Counted from the stretch's first letter, positions 1 through 11,500 are shown. The stretch is 29,723 bases of DNA from a virus (IMGVR_UViG_3300030372_003090:1-29723); one strand, 5' to 3'. Translations and numbers: made by a program. The notes: generated by a model from the sequence alone, not told the origin.

Positions 1-3000
1 TCTCTAGCAATTCCACTTGATATAGCCTCACCTGATTCTGAAATCATATCCCATTTTAGAGCTTCAATTGCTTTTGCTTCCCACGCTTCTTTTTCAGATT
101 TACCTGCTTTAATAGCATCTTCAAATGCTTGTTCTATTCTTTGGGTTTTAAACTCAAGAATTTCAGCTCTTGTTCTTTCAGTTCTACCAAAATCCATATG
201 AGGGAAATACTCTTCAAACTTTTTTGCACCTACTTCTTTAAATGGATGTTTCTTTCTGTATTTGGCACGAGAAGATTTCCAATGCCCATCAGATATTTTC
301 TTCTCTAATGCATATTCATAATTGAACTTTAATAATGTTTCTATAGGTACAATCTCAAGCCCTTGTCCTTTAGCTGCAGGTTCAAGTGCTGTTCTAAAGA
401 AATGCTGCACATCAATAGAACCATCCTTATTGTACTTTATATACTTATCATTCTTAGGTGAATGGATCCATTTATCTGATACTTCTTTGAATACCTTTGT
501 ATACTTATCACTAATAAAATCAATAGCTGTATCTATATCCATCTCTTTACCTTCAATCTTAAACTTCTTGTTCTTGATTTTTTGGTATGTATCAGTAGAT
601 ATATATTCTTCACCTTGTCGTTTAGATATAACTAAATCATTAAGTGCTGTACTATTTTCTATAGTCAATTCTTTTCTGAATGAGAACTCTTTATCATTCT
701 TATCCTGTATCTCAGAAATATACTTATTCTCTAAAGTATGTATTCGTTGGAAGAACTCCTTCATGGCACCTGCTGTACTCATGTATTTCTTTACTTCTTT
801 AAACTTAATAGAGCCATCTCTTTGTAGAACTGGTTTATCAAAAGATGAGAATAATCTTGCATCTCTCAATAGCATTGCTTCATCTATAGTTCTTGGGTCT
901 GCTCTAAATATCCAATCAGGAACCTTACTACCCCATTTACCTGTTGAACGAGTTGATAAATCTTTAAGCCAGATATTAACTGCTTTAACATCCATAGCAT
1001 TCATTGCATTTACATCTTTATAATAGCCAACAACATCTTTATGAAAAGAGGGAAACCAGTCATTAAAGTTTTTAGCAAACTCTGGATTCTTACTTAAATT
1101 GTCTTTCAATTCCCTTACATCAGCTAATTCTTTATCAGTAAGAGCTATGCTTTCTAAATCTTGTTTACCCTTAGTTTTAGGCTTTACTATATCTATGATT
1201 TTAATAGCTGTAGATTCTACAGATTGAGAAGGTCCAGTAGACAATTCTGGAGTGTTAATAAAATTGGATTTTAAGACGGTATCTGCAACATCTTTAGCAT
1301 CCACCTTCATGTCTTTTATTCCAGCCTCATAGATACGATTAAACTCGCCAAATAGACCTTTTAAAGAGCTGTCTGGAATAGACTGAGATTGTATAGGAAT
1401 TTTGCTTGGACCACCTATTCTTAAGCTGCTTGTTCCTCCTGCATCAAACGGTGATAACAACCATTGATTAAAATATTCTTTTAGGTATTCTATTGGAATG
1501 TTATTTTTCTCTGATGCCTTCTTTAAAGTGGGACCATTTCTAAATAACCTAACTTCAGTATCATATTCTTCAAGCTTAACTTTCCATATATCACTACCAC
1601 CTTCTTTCCCTACATTCTCATAGATGTCTTTGATTCTTTTAGATTCTATAGATATAGGTAAAAGAATTTCTTCAACAACTTTTATTGCTTCATTGTGCTT
1701 CATTCCATTTGAAATTAGGCTTTTATATATATTGAATCCTGATTTAACTATGTTGTTATATGAAGCAACTGTATACAGAGAATTGCCTATCTTGTCTAAA
1801 ATTAAATCTGTAGTAAACTTGGGTCCATCACCCCATTGATTTTTCATATTTATCAAGTCTATAATAGATTCTCTTTTACCTGTCTTTAGATTTACACTTG
1901 TCAAGTATGAATCTCCAGTAAGATTAAACTCTGTTCCTAATAAAACTCTCCTTAGTCTTTTTTTAAAAGCTAACTCTTGCTTGCTTAAGTTTTTATCTCC
2001 TAGCATAATTAACTTATTTACTTCTCTGTTAATAGAGTTTATCTTATCTAGGATGTTAAGATTGTAATTTGAACGCTTCCCTGTAGATACATCTGGAGAT
2101 AAGCCTCCAGTCATATGTACTCCGTCTTTTTTCATTTGTGATAAAATGCGACTTGCCATATTCCCAAAGTCATTTTGATTTATAACCCTAACTGCATTTT
2201 CAACTGATGTTTCAAATGCATCTGCCTGCATTGACTTAGGGTTACCATCTTTTTCATATGACTTAGGTGCACTGTTAGCTAAATTCAAAGTAGCTTTAAC
2301 TTGAGAGAAAAGACTGTCACTGCTTAATTTTTTAAATGCATGTTCAGTTAAGGTTAACTTTGGATTATTTTTAACATGATTAGGTATTTTAATCCACTTG
2401 ACATCAAAAGCCTCTCTGAAAAGGATTTCTCTAACTTTAGAGTAGTCAATCTGTGAGGGATAATCAGCAGCATCTGCAAAACGGTTAACAACTTCCCTGC
2501 CTAATCTTCTTAGTTTTTCAATACCTCCAGGCTTTAATGATACTTCAAATTCGCCATACTTAAAATCATCATCTTTTTTAATCAATTCAACTCTATGTTT
2601 ACCACCTTTTGCATTTACTGCATCTGCAAATGACATAATTATATTCTTACCAGTAATACCAAAGCCTAGTCCTTGCTGACCTCTAGCTGCACTCCTAGCC
2701 ACCATCTTTCTCATAGATGGAGAGAATTTAGATGCTTTAGTTTTATAGGGCATTAATCTTGACGATAAAAGTCTATGCTCATAGGCTGCATTGTTATAAA
2801 CTTCTTGAGATATTTTACCGTCTTTTAATTGTTTGCTTAATTCATTTAGATCATTAGCTGAATTTTCAACTTCCTTTTGTTTTTTTGCAAACTCTTTACC
2901 TATAAATAGCGAGTCAAATTCTTCAGCTTTTCCTGGGATATACTCACCATCCTGCTTATTGCCTTTTTGCCACTCGTATTTATTGTCCTTAAAACCTTGT

Positions 3001-6000
3001 TTAGTCTTGGCATCAAATCCTTGGTATAGAAAAGCCGAGTCTGAATCCTTATCTGCTCCACCCAAGTATTCATTGTCTTTTCCGTTGGTGTGGATACTAA
3101 CACCTTTCTCACCAGTAAATCCACGAAACTTAAGGATGCGAACACCACTAGCACTATCAGCAGGTACCCGTATAGTGGTAAACTCAAGAGCACTTTCAAT
3201 GTCTTTAATGTCGATGTCTTTATAGTCTTTTCCAAATTTCTTCCTTATCTCTTTAACTCTTCTTTTATGCTTTTCCTCACTTGTCTTAGATAATTTTTCA
3301 CCTTTTAAGACTCTGTTTAAATTCCATAAATCCCAAAGCTTGTAATCTTTACCTTTAAATATGACATCGGGATTCCAATCCATATCTGCCATAAACTCAC
3401 CTTCACTTATTTTAAACTCAGGTAGCTTTGGAGATAGCCATGCTTTAGCAGAATACTTATACTTGGGATATAAATATCTGTCTATAAAATATTTCATCAT
3501 CACCCGTTCTTCATGTTTACGGGTATACTTAAATAACTTTCTTACACCATCAGATTCAAATCCTGCTGCTTCAAGGATTCTATTGTTACGCTGTAAGTAT
3601 TGAGCCCACTGGTCTGATGTGTATTGTACATCTTCATAATCAGTAATCTCTGGATCTAAATCTCTATGTAGCTTATGGATCTGTTTTAAGAAGTGAGATT
3701 TAAGCTTCTGTATATTTTTGTTAGAACTATTAGAGTTTATAATCTTCCATACTGTACCTGCAGAAACATCATTGATATTTAACTTACTTAAACTTCCTTT
3801 ACCTGTATTTGTATATGCAAGTACTGCTTGATTAGCTGAGTATGTACCATCAATGCTTGGTTTAAAGTAATTATTGAATACATGCTCTATATGTTCAGGA
3901 CTAAACTGTGTATTATTCATTACACCAAATAGCTGCTTAACAAACTTTTGTCCTTTAAGAGCTGTATCAGGATTCTCTTTAGTTCCTAAATTTATTCTTA
4001 CATCAGATTTGTTCATTTGTAATACTTGTTCAGGAGCGATTGATGACTCATATCCTCTCTCTGAATATATCATATCATGAACTTTTTGATTTCCATAATG
4101 TTTAGATGCAGATTTAAAGACCACCATGTCTAATCCTTTTGCATCCATAAAAGCCTGAAGCTTTGGACCAGCAACTCTACCAGCAGACTTAACAGCCATA
4201 ACCCCACCATCTGCAACTTTAGCAATCATTACAGGTTTGTTCATTGCAGTTTCAGGAATCTTTGTATTCTCTGTAATTTCTCTATGAGTCTTTGTATTAT
4301 AGAATACTGTACCATCAGTATCAGATGCATGTATCTCATCGATTGCTTTACCTCGCTCATCTACCATCTTATCAGAGAAGATACCATATTTATACTTACC
4401 TTCTAATTGCAATGGGAATGATTTATCATGGTAGAGCTGTTCTCGTTTATTCCAATCAACTACATTCTTAGAATAACCATCAGCCATTATCTCACCTAAT
4501 CTGTCAAGGCTGCCACCTTTTTCATATAAACCATTTCTCTCTGCTTCAGCAAGTACATTAGACTTCCATGCTCTCTCATGCATTTTTTTAACAGTATCTA
4601 TAGGACCTTCACCTGCATTTAATTCTAACTCAATCTTAAGGCTATCACTATAAGATTGTTTTAATTCTTTTTTGCTAACATGCCCACCTTTAACTAATGC
4701 ATCAACAATTAATTTAATAGGGATATTAGAATCAATATGGTACTCTCTAATGTTTAGTAGACCTTTTTCTTTTACACCACCAAATATATATTTATTGTGT
4801 TCAGAATGTAGGTTTTCTTGCATTCTCCAGAACTCTTTGGGAGATACATCTGGTATTAAATTATTGGTGTCTTTGTCAATCTTTGAACCTAAAGGTTTAA
4901 CAAGCTTGTAAAGAATTTCTTTAGGATTTTCTTTTACATTCTTTCTTACATATGCAAGTGTAGTGTAAGGCTCTATAGGTTGCTCTAAGTTGTCTGCAGG
5001 TCTATCAATTCTTTTATCCCCAACTTGCTGACCATCCATTTCTTGATGTGCTTTACCAAACTTAATAAAACCATCTGCATCTATAGATATAACACCTAAT
5101 TCTTCAGGTTTATATGCATCTTGAGGTTGTGGTTCTTTTGCTTCACCTTCTTTAGGTTTAGCTCGTTCTGTTTTAACTGTAGTATCAGTGCCTACTTCGT
5201 TTTGACCTGGAACTGCATCAGGGTCTTTGATTACTTTAGAAACAGTTTCAAAACCATATGTTTGACCATTCCACATTTTATCAGCTTGCTCTCTATAGAT
5301 AACTCCAAGCTCATCCATAGTAGGCTCTTTAGTGTTAAATTTATTTCTTGCTCTGTCTGATATGTAACTCTCTAGCATATCTTGAGGAACATTCTCATTA
5401 TTCTTAATTACATATCTACGAGCAGATTCATTAACAGTGGCAGGCATATCTTTAACTGGACCAAGCCAATCACCTTCACCATTTAAAATGTAATCTTTTG
5501 TTTTCTTAGAGTAGTTATTCCATTCAGGATTTTGTTCAGGTCTAAAGAATGTCTCACCTGTTTTATCATTCCTTAGATTACTTATAAACTTTGTAGCTTC
5601 TTGCCTATATGCAGGTTGTGATGAATATCCAAAGTAACCACCTAAAAGTGTATTGTAGATAATCATCTCAATAGGGTCTCCATTTACAATAGAAGGAGCA
5701 GTTTGTAGAGATGCACCTAATGATGCTTTAAATACACCTTCTGCTTTCTTAACTTGTTCTGGAGTACCATTCTTTAATATGTTATTAAATCTTGTAAAAT
5801 TGCCTATACCACCAAATGCACCACCTGCTAAAGCACCATGAACACCAGCATCAAATATTTGGTCTGGACCTTTCCAGATACTTGAAGCTGCAGATGCTGT
5901 TCCTAAATGCACTGCTTGCTCTGCTATACTTCTGGTAGCAGAACCTTTCTTCATAAATTCTAATGACTCAGCCCCAGCCTTAGCTAACCCTTTTTCAAAA

Positions 6001-6398
6001 CCCTTTTGACCTAATCCACCAACTATCATAGGTATAGATTTCTGTCCCATAGATTGGACTAATCTACCTGCTGTTTTACCTGCAACCATTCTAACAGGTG
6101 CAGCTATAATGCCAGGTGCGAAACCTGCTAGATGCCCTAATGAATGAGCAATTGCCTCATATGTATTTGTGGGTTCATCTCCGATAGAGATTGTAGTAAA
6201 GCCTTCAAAGAAACCTTGTTGTAATTTGATTGCAGCTTTCTTAATACTGAAATCATCATCTTTAGGTTTGAAATCCAAGTTTTGAGATACTGCTATTTCT
6301 TGAAGTTCATTTACCTGCTCTGCTGTAAACAGCTCAGGGTTATATCTATATCGCTTTATTAATTCCTCTACCCTGTTCTGGTATTGAGGGTACGACAT
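1..6398 (-). CDS. Giant virion protein containing a two-barrel (double-psi beta-barrel) DNA-dependent RNA polymerase; 3'-partial, >2130 aa
   Basis: ATG at 6398 (MSYPQYQNRVEELIKRY...). The frame is still open at base 3 and the ORF track lists no terminated ORF in this frame. Ordered motifs: NKREQL (~4440), SDTDGTVFY (4299-4325), VKSAG (K at 4188-4190), DMVVFKSASKH (4098-4130), IRVPAD (R at 3168-3170), YLGGADKDSD (DKDSD 3039-3053), GQQGLGFG (~2670), VVNRFADAADYP (~2470). Lies at the end of the virion module after ejection-type genes. Confidence 0.85.
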   Translation of the reverse strand, partial: MSYPQYQNRVEELIKRYRYNPELFTAEQVNELQEIAVSQNLDFKPKDDDFSIKKAAIKLQQGFFEGFTTISIGDEPTNTYEAIAHSLGHLAGFAPGIIAAPVRMVAGKTAGRLVQSMGQKSIPMIVGGLGQKGFEKGLAKAGAESLEFMKKGSATRSIAEQAVHLGTASAASSIWKGPDQIFDAGVHGALAGGAFGGIGNFTRFNNILKNGTPEQVKKAEGVFKASLGASLQTAPSIVNGDPIEMIIYNTLLGGYFGYSSQPAYRQEATKFISNLRNDKTGETFFRPEQNPEWNNYSKKTKDYILNGEGDWLGPVKDMPATVNESARRYVIKNNENVPQDMLESYISDRARNKFNTKEPTMDELGVIYREQADKMWNGQTYGFETVSKVIKDPDAVPGQNEVGTDTTVKTERAKPKEGEAKEPQPQDAYKPEELGVISIDADGFIKFGKAHQEMDGQQVGDKRIDRPADNLEQPIEPYTTLAYVRKNVKENPKEILYKLVKPLGSKIDKDTNNLIPDVSPKEFWRMQENLHSEHNKYIFGGVKEKGLLNIREYHIDSNIPIKLIVDALVKGGHVSKKELKQSYSDSLKIELELNAGEGPIDTVKKMHERAWKSNVLAEAERNGLYEKGGSLDRLGEIMADGYSKNVVDWNKREQLYHDKSFPLQLEGKYKYGIFSDKMVDERGKAIDEIHASDTDGTVFYNTKTHREITENTKIPETAMNKPVMIAKVADGGVMAVKSAGRVAGPKLQAFMDAKGLDMVVFKSASKHYGNQKVHDMIYSERGYESSIAPEQVLQMNKSDVRINLGTKENPDTALKGQKFVKQLFGVMNNTQFSPEHIEHVFNNYFKPSIDGTYSANQAVLAYTNTGKGSLSKLNINDVSAGTVWKIINSNSSNKNIQKLKSHFLKQIHKLHRDLDPEITDYEDVQYTSDQWAQYLQRNNRILEAAGFESDGVRKLFKYTRKHEERVMMKYFIDRYLYPKYKYSAKAWLSPKLPEFKISEGEFMADMDWNPDVIFKGKDYKLWDLWNLNRVLKGEKLSKTSEEKHKRRVKEIRKKFGKDYKDIDIKDIESALEFTTIRVPADSASGVRILKFRGFTGEKGVSIHTNGKDNEYLGGADKDSDSAFLYQGFDAKTKQGFKDNKYEWQKGNKQDGEYIPGKAEEFDSLFIGKEFAKKQKEVENSANDLNELSKQLKDGKISQEVYNNAAYEHRLLSSRLMPYKTKASKFSPSMRKMVARSAARGQQGLGFGITGKNIIMSFADAVNAKGGKHRVELIKKDDDFKYGEFEVSLKPGGIEKLRRLGREVVNRFADAADYPSQIDYSKVREILFREAFDVKWIKIPNHVKNNPKLTLTEHAFKKLSSDSLFSQVKATLNLANSAPKSYEKDGNPKSMQADAFETSVENAVRVINQNDFGNMASRILSQMKKDGVHMTGGLSPDVSTGKRSNYNLNILDKINSINREVNKLIMLGDKNLSKQELAFKKRLRRVLLGTEFNLTGDSYLTSVNLKTGKRESIIDLINMKNQWGDGPKFTTDLILDKIGNSLYTVASYNNIVKSGFNIYKSLISNGMKHNEAIKVVEEILLPISIESKRIKDIYENVGKEGGSDIWKVKLEEYDTEVRLFRNGPTLKKASEKNNIPIEYLKEYFNQWLLSPFDAGGTSSLRIGGPSKIPIQSQSIPDSSLKGLFGEFNRIYEAGIKDMKVDAKDVADTVLKSNFINTPELSTGPSQSVESTAIKIIDIVKPKTKGKQDLESIALTDKELADVRELKDNLSKNPEFAKNFNDWFPSFHKDVVGYYKDVNAMNAMDVKAVNIWLKDLSTRSTGKWGSKVPDWIFRADPRTIDEAMLLRDARLFSSFDKPVLQRDGSIKFKEVKKYMSTAGAMKEFFQRIHTLENKYISEIQDKNDKEFSFRKELTIENSTALNDLVISKRQGEEYISTDTYQKIKNKKFKIEGKEMDIDTAIDFISDKYTKVFKEVSDKWIHSPKNDKYIKYNKDGSIDVQHFFRTALEPAAKGQGLEIVPIETLLKFNYEYALEKKISDGHWKSSRAKYRKKHPFKEVGAKKFEEYFPHMDFGRTERTRAEILEFKTQRIEQAFEDAIKAGKSEKEAWEAKAIEALKWDMISESGEAISSGIAR

Positions 6399-6401
6399 TT
6401 A

Positions 6402-6992
6402 TTAAAGTCCTAAATTACTAAAGTCTAAAATATCATCGAAGTTTGTTGGACTTGCTTTATGAACCTTTTGAGCTATCTCTTTAGATCTTGCAACTGCTTG
6501 TGATTCTTTCATAGATGCAACTGCTGTTTTTAATCTATCACCTGCATTTAAAGTGCTTCCGTATTCGGCTGCTCTTGATAAACCTTGAGCTCCTGCACCA
6601 TATGCTTTACCTGCTAAAGGACCAACTTTAGCTGCACCTTTAAGAAGTAAACCCCCTGCTGGTAGTAAACCACCTACAGTTCCAACCCCACCTGCAAACT
6701 TATCTATTCCACTTTCACCAAAGTATTTTTCCCCTGCAGATTCAGGTCTCCATGTATTTGGAACCATACCAAATGCTGCTGTATCTACAAGGTCAAATAA
6801 ACCTTTGGATATAGGTTTTGATTCTACCTCAAACTCCTTGCCATATGCATAAGCTAGCTTTGCTATTTCTTCTTTTTGACTTTCAGTTAGTTTTTCAGGA
6901 GAGCTATGATATATATCTAAAAGATGGTTTAAGACCTCTTCGTTACCTGCTAATCCGCCACTTACTATTGATTTATTGTTTATGTTAATCAT
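6402..6992 (-). CDS. Putative internal virion/ejection protein (196 aa)
   Basis: Gly/Ala-rich hydrophobic middle segment (AGGVGTVGGLLPAGGLLLKG). Position between the nozzle and the giant protein. N-terminus resembles that of the giant protein. Confidence 0.55.
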   Translation of the reverse strand: MININNKSIVSGGLAGNEEVLNHLLDIYHSSPEKLTESQKEEIAKLAYAYGKEFEVESKPISKGLFDLVDTAAFGMVPNTWRPESAGEKYFGESGIDKFAGGVGTVGGLLPAGGLLLKGAAKVGPLAGKAYGAGAQGLSRAAEYGSTLNAGDRLKTAVASMKESQAVARSKEIAQKVHKASPTNFDDILDFSNLGL

Positions 6993-7588
6993 TTTACAAC
7001 ACCTTTTTTTAAAGCTTCAATTTTTTGGTCAATTGTCATGTCTTCTAATCTTTGATTTGAAAGAATTTTATTTAAAAGCGAATCGGTTAATGGAACACCT
7101 TCATTTATTTTTAATGGTGACGGAGCATCTCCCCATTTAAGTGAATTAGCTGCATCTTTTGCATAATCCTCTTTACCCATAAACTGTGTTGCATCAAATG
7201 CATCTTTTACCATTCCTAGTAGATTTACTGGATTCCATTTAGAAGCATTAGGGTCATCGAATCTTCTTTCATAATCCCACCTATCTCCCCATCCAGAAAA
7301 TGTGCCTTTATTAGCCATCGATGTTTGGTAATTTTCTTTATTCCTTTTATTCTCAGACATGTCTAACTGCCTTTTATATAGCTGTTTATTAATATCTGAA
7401 TTTTGCTCTTCTATGCTTATAGCTCTATCTAAGGCATTTTTTTGCATATCTATCTGCTGTTGCCTTAAATTGTTACTTGCATCTGCTAAACCTTTCTGAT
7501 GCTGTCTTTGTCTCTCTTGTTGAATTGCACTTGTAATAGGAGAAAATATTTTATCTCCCCATACTTGTGGTTGAAATCCTACTGCCAT
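6989..7588 (-). CDS. Putative internal virion protein (199 aa, Gln-rich coiled-coil N-half)
   Basis: GGAGG SD upstream, ATGA overlap with the next gene, position in the ejection cluster. Confidence 0.5.
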   Translation of the reverse strand: MAVGFQPQVWGDKIFSPITSAIQQERQRQHQKGLADASNNLRQQQIDMQKNALDRAISIEEQNSDINKQLYKRQLDMSENKRNKENYQTSMANKGTFSGWGDRWDYERRFDDPNASKWNPVNLLGMVKDAFDATQFMGKEDYAKDAANSLKWGDAPSPLKINEGVPLTDSLLNKILSNQRLEDMTIDQKIEALKKGVVK

Positions 7589-7613
7589 TATAATACCTCC
7601 ATATATTTATACA

Positions 7614-8315
7614 TTATTTTCCCCATAATGAACCTGCAAGTCCTAAAGCTCCACCCCATAGTGCAGCCGCATTTGCATCTTGGGCTGCTGCATGATTATA
7701 TTGCATGTTTGACCAGTCTCTATTACCTTGAGCTGCATATTGAGCTGCTTGATTTGCTTGACCTGTATTAAACATAGACTCTTGTAAACCTCTTTGGTCT
7801 ATACCTGCACCTAACTGGCCTACCTGTCCATACATATTACCTGCACTATTCATGCCTTGTATTCCCATACCAAGTAGACTTGTTCCTTGACCTATTCCTT
7901 GTTGATATAAAGAGTTGACACCTTTATTTACTTGTTCTCCAATTCTATTAGTTTGAGAGTTTGCAAGTGCACTTCTGATAGCCCCAGAACCGACACCTTT
8001 GGCTGCTAACATTTGCTGTGTTTGTATATTCGCATTTGATACTTGGTCTGCTATATCTCGACCTAAAAACCCTCTTTGTGTTTTATAGTATTGTGAATTT
8101 GGATCTAAGAATTGGTTTCCTTGCCCTATAACATTTTGAGCTTGAGTATTTATGGCTCCTGCTTGAGTGTTTAGGTTGCCCATAGCTCCTGTAAGGTAAT
8201 TATTAGGGCCACCATAATTTGATTGCCCTGCTGTATAATTCCACCCAGACCTATCCACTCTCTTCATAGCATCATTTGCATTACCCATACCCATTAAATC
8301 TGTTAACCAATTCAT
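7614..8315 (-). CDS. Putative DNA-ejection/pilot protein (233 aa)
   Basis: Extremely G/Q/N/A-rich with a C-terminal AAALWGGALGLAGSLW segment, the composition typical of podovirus ejection proteins. Confidence 0.6.
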   Translation of the reverse strand: MNWLTDLMGMGNANDAMKRVDRSGWNYTAGQSNYGGPNNYLTGAMGNLNTQAGAINTQAQNVIGQGNQFLDPNSQYYKTQRGFLGRDIADQVSNANIQTQQMLAAKGVGSGAIRSALANSQTNRIGEQVNKGVNSLYQQGIGQGTSLLGMGIQGMNSAGNMYGQVGQLGAGIDQRGLQESMFNTGQANQAAQYAAQGNRDWSNMQYNHAAAQDANAAALWGGALGLAGSLWGK

Positions 8316-8317
8316 AA

Positions 8318-8560
8318 TTAATCCTCTCTCTTAGAAATTGTCAATTCTGTTTCAGCCCATCCATCTTTAGTGTAGGCTTCTAATTTATACTTATTTGTTG
8401 TATTACTTTTAATAACTCTAATATCACCAATTTTACCTGATGATAAACTTCTATTGTCAGTAGCTGATTGATTCACAGCATTGATGATTTCATTTAAATC
8501 ATCATACACTTGCTGTATTGTCCTATCTGCTGATAACGGGGCTCTTTTTTTACTTATCAT
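8318..8560 (-). CDS. Hypothetical virion-module protein (80 aa)
   Basis: ATGA-coupled to the nozzle gene and tightly packed with the next gene. Confidence 0.7.
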   Translation of the reverse strand: MISKKRAPLSADRTIQQVYDDLNEIINAVNQSATDNRSLSSGKIGDIRVIKSNTTNKYKLEAYTKDGWAETELTISKRED

Positions 8561-11500
8561 CCCTGTGCCTTTATTAGTTTTAAGAATCTTCTCATAATAA
8601 TACCTATAGATTCAACAAAATTGGGGGCTGCTGAACCCGTGGTAGCTGATGATGATATTTTTATCTGAACCCCTCTTTTAGTATCTTTAATTTTTAAAGA
8701 TGCAATACCTGTATCATTGTCTGGCGTTCCAGTAGAAGTAGGGGCAGCTCCATCAAAGCCATATGTAACTGTAGGAGTTGCTCCTGTATAAGGGACATCT
8801 ATTCTATAGAATTTCTTTTGTTGAGATTGATGTTGTCCAGTGATAATCTTTGATATCCATGTAAACGCTTTTCTTGCAACTGTAGAGCTTGCAATCTTTT
8901 GTAAAGCAGAGAATCCCAAATCAGTTACGGAATATACTCCACCCTTAGAACTATGTATGACTCCTGAAATACCCCCACTATAATCCCATAAGTCCCATCT
9001 ATTTGTAGCTAATGTGTAAACATATATATATGTATCAGTATTGTCTGCTTTTGTTAGTATAACAAGTAAAGCATTATTGTTTGCATCGAAGGCAAGTATA
9101 GGCTTTTTATATGTTTTGATAAGCTCAAGGTACCCCAAGCTTTCATCGTATGAATTTTTTAATATAGGGAATCCAATTGGTTTTACGCTATTTGTATATT
9201 GGTATATGTTATTATAATCGCAAAAGAATAGCCCATATTCAGTAGCTATATGTGCTCGGTCGCCTATACAACCAATACCATCATATGTATCTTCTATATA
9301 TAGATTGTTAGGCTCAACTCGATATGTATTATTAGAACTAAAGCAAAGAACTCTACCTCCATATGAAGCTAATGCTACAGGCATTTCAGGCATTTCAAGA
9401 AAGTCTTGAGACCAATCAAACATATCATATTTATATGGAAGTGATTTGAATAAATAGTGTTCTAACGAAGTTAGTCCTGTACCTGATGCTCTGCTTACAA
9501 ATAGAGTATTGTTTAATAATGTAGATAAACCATAATCTAAAGATGTGTGAGGCAAGGTCTCAGATACACCTGTATTTGACTCAAAAGTTATTCCCGCCCT
9601 ATCTGCAATTGCATCGACTACAACAATCGATTTGTTTGTAGTTCCTGTCCATAGAGCATCTAATGGTATTTTTTTCACCAACCTATACAAAGTTTCTGGT
9701 TTATTTATAATATGGTCTGGAGCCTCTGCCCTATATAGGTTTACATGAGAAACTCTTTTAGGTAAAGTAGCTGCAGCCTCTAGTATAGTAATTGTTATAT
9801 TAAATCCATTACCTCCAGAGCTTATGGCATCTTCAACCTCATTTAACATTTGAGATTCTTGATATTCATCATATAAAAATGATATTCTGTAAAAGTATTC
9901 TTTAGCTGTATCGAAGCCACTCCCTGAACCCAAACCTGAAACAGATATGGCTACTTTACATGCCTTTAATGTTGTCGGGGCCCCCTGGGTAACACCAAAA
10001 GTTGCATCGTCTAATTTCTTTATAGTTGCTGGTTGAGTATTTCCAGTTAGACTATCAGTAGAATGATATGTAGTCATATTAGCAAAACTTTTCTGTTCTG
10101 CCCCTGTTATAGCAAATGATCTATAGTAATCTAGGCCATTATTAGTATAGTAATCTTTTTCAACTCCTTTTGCATTAGCCATTTCAGCAGTCCCTTCATA
10201 GGGATGATGTGTTTGTCCTGATGTTGTCGGATAACCTGATATAAGATGTGAAAAATGTTCACTTGGTAATGAAGGTGTAATTGTATGAGTCGAAGCGAGT
10301 TGTCCCAGCGTGGAATCATTTTCTTCACCAGCAATCGCTCCTATTGGGGATGACCATTTATCAAGATGTAAATTGCTTTCATTAGTAATAAAATGTACAT
10401 AATTTGCGCTAGATGAACTTAATGTAGTTTGGGTTCCAGTAGTGGATTGATAGTTCCCATCTTCTCCACAATAAGGAACTTCACTTCTTATTCTAAATCG
10501 CATTACCCTTACTTTGTTAGTACCAGAATAATCAGTACGAATCCATATATTTGCTGATTTAATCATTTTACTATTATAAGGGGAAGTTTCAATATATGGA
10601 CCACTTGATACATGTATGCTATGAATTTTACCCGTAGTACCAGAATAGCCATTCGTAGCATCCCATAACCTTTCAACCCTTAGGTCAGTTACACCAATGC
10701 CACAATTAAATAAACATCCCTTTGTATCTTGTGTAGATCCAATTGCACTATTATTATCGCTTGTAGGAGTGCCTGTAGTATTAAATAAACTTGACTTATA
10801 ATTTAACATATGTATATAAGGTATATCAAAAAGCGTATACCGAACTTTAGTTAGCCTAAATCTATCATTCCCACCTGAAGATACTGTAGTCCAAGACATA
10901 AATGCTTGGCCTCCCCAATTTCTTCCACTTACCATTAAGGCACCTTCAATATCAGTACCTGCACTACTACCATTTACAGGTCCATCATTATATTTTAATT
11001 CACCTGTTCTTTCTACTGTAGTAGCATACCAACTAAGACTTTTGTATTGATTGTTATGACCTGCATTACCTGAATATGTACCTACATCTAAGTACCCTGA
11101 ATATGCATTTGATAATGGCATAAGAGAAGGATAATACATTACTTGCATTTGCCTTGCACCATTTAGATTTCCCCCTGAAGGATGCCAATCAGCATGATGC
11201 TCAACTGCTTTATAATTAGAGCCAGCCGCAGTATAGTTTACAACATGGTCTTTTTCTGATGATGGATAAAACCATCCTTGATATATGCGATAATATTTAC
11301 TTGAACTATTGTTGTGGATATAATACTTATCATATCTTCTTGAAGTAGTTGATCCATCTAATCTTTTAGTATTTGAATTAGAAAACATATGAGCTACTGT
11401 TTGATAACTCTGAGGCGTTACATCGTAAAAATCTACAGACCCTGAAGTACTTGATTCAAGCTTTGCACTAAATAAAAGTCCTTTAGAATAGCCCCTTTTA

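Noticed and set aside
2900-3235. Nested minus-strand 111-aa ORF with a hydrophobic segment and a TAAGGA before its TTG, overlapping the RNAP active site
   Set aside because: Shifted frames of AT-rich genes commonly yield L/V/I-rich peptides and the SD-like string codes for IRKK. Not supportable without conservation data.
322-5360. Plus-strand ORFs in the track (322, 1624, 2833, 3090, 3361, 3874, 4672, 5121)
   Set aside because: Antisense shadows of the giant minus-strand gene: S/L/F/I-rich and without recognisable motifs.
1-6398. N4-type or T7-type single-subunit RNAP assignment
   Set aside because: The motifs found fit two-barrel enzymes. I did not find T7-family DxxGR or RxxxKxxxxxxxYG motifs in the parts I translated.
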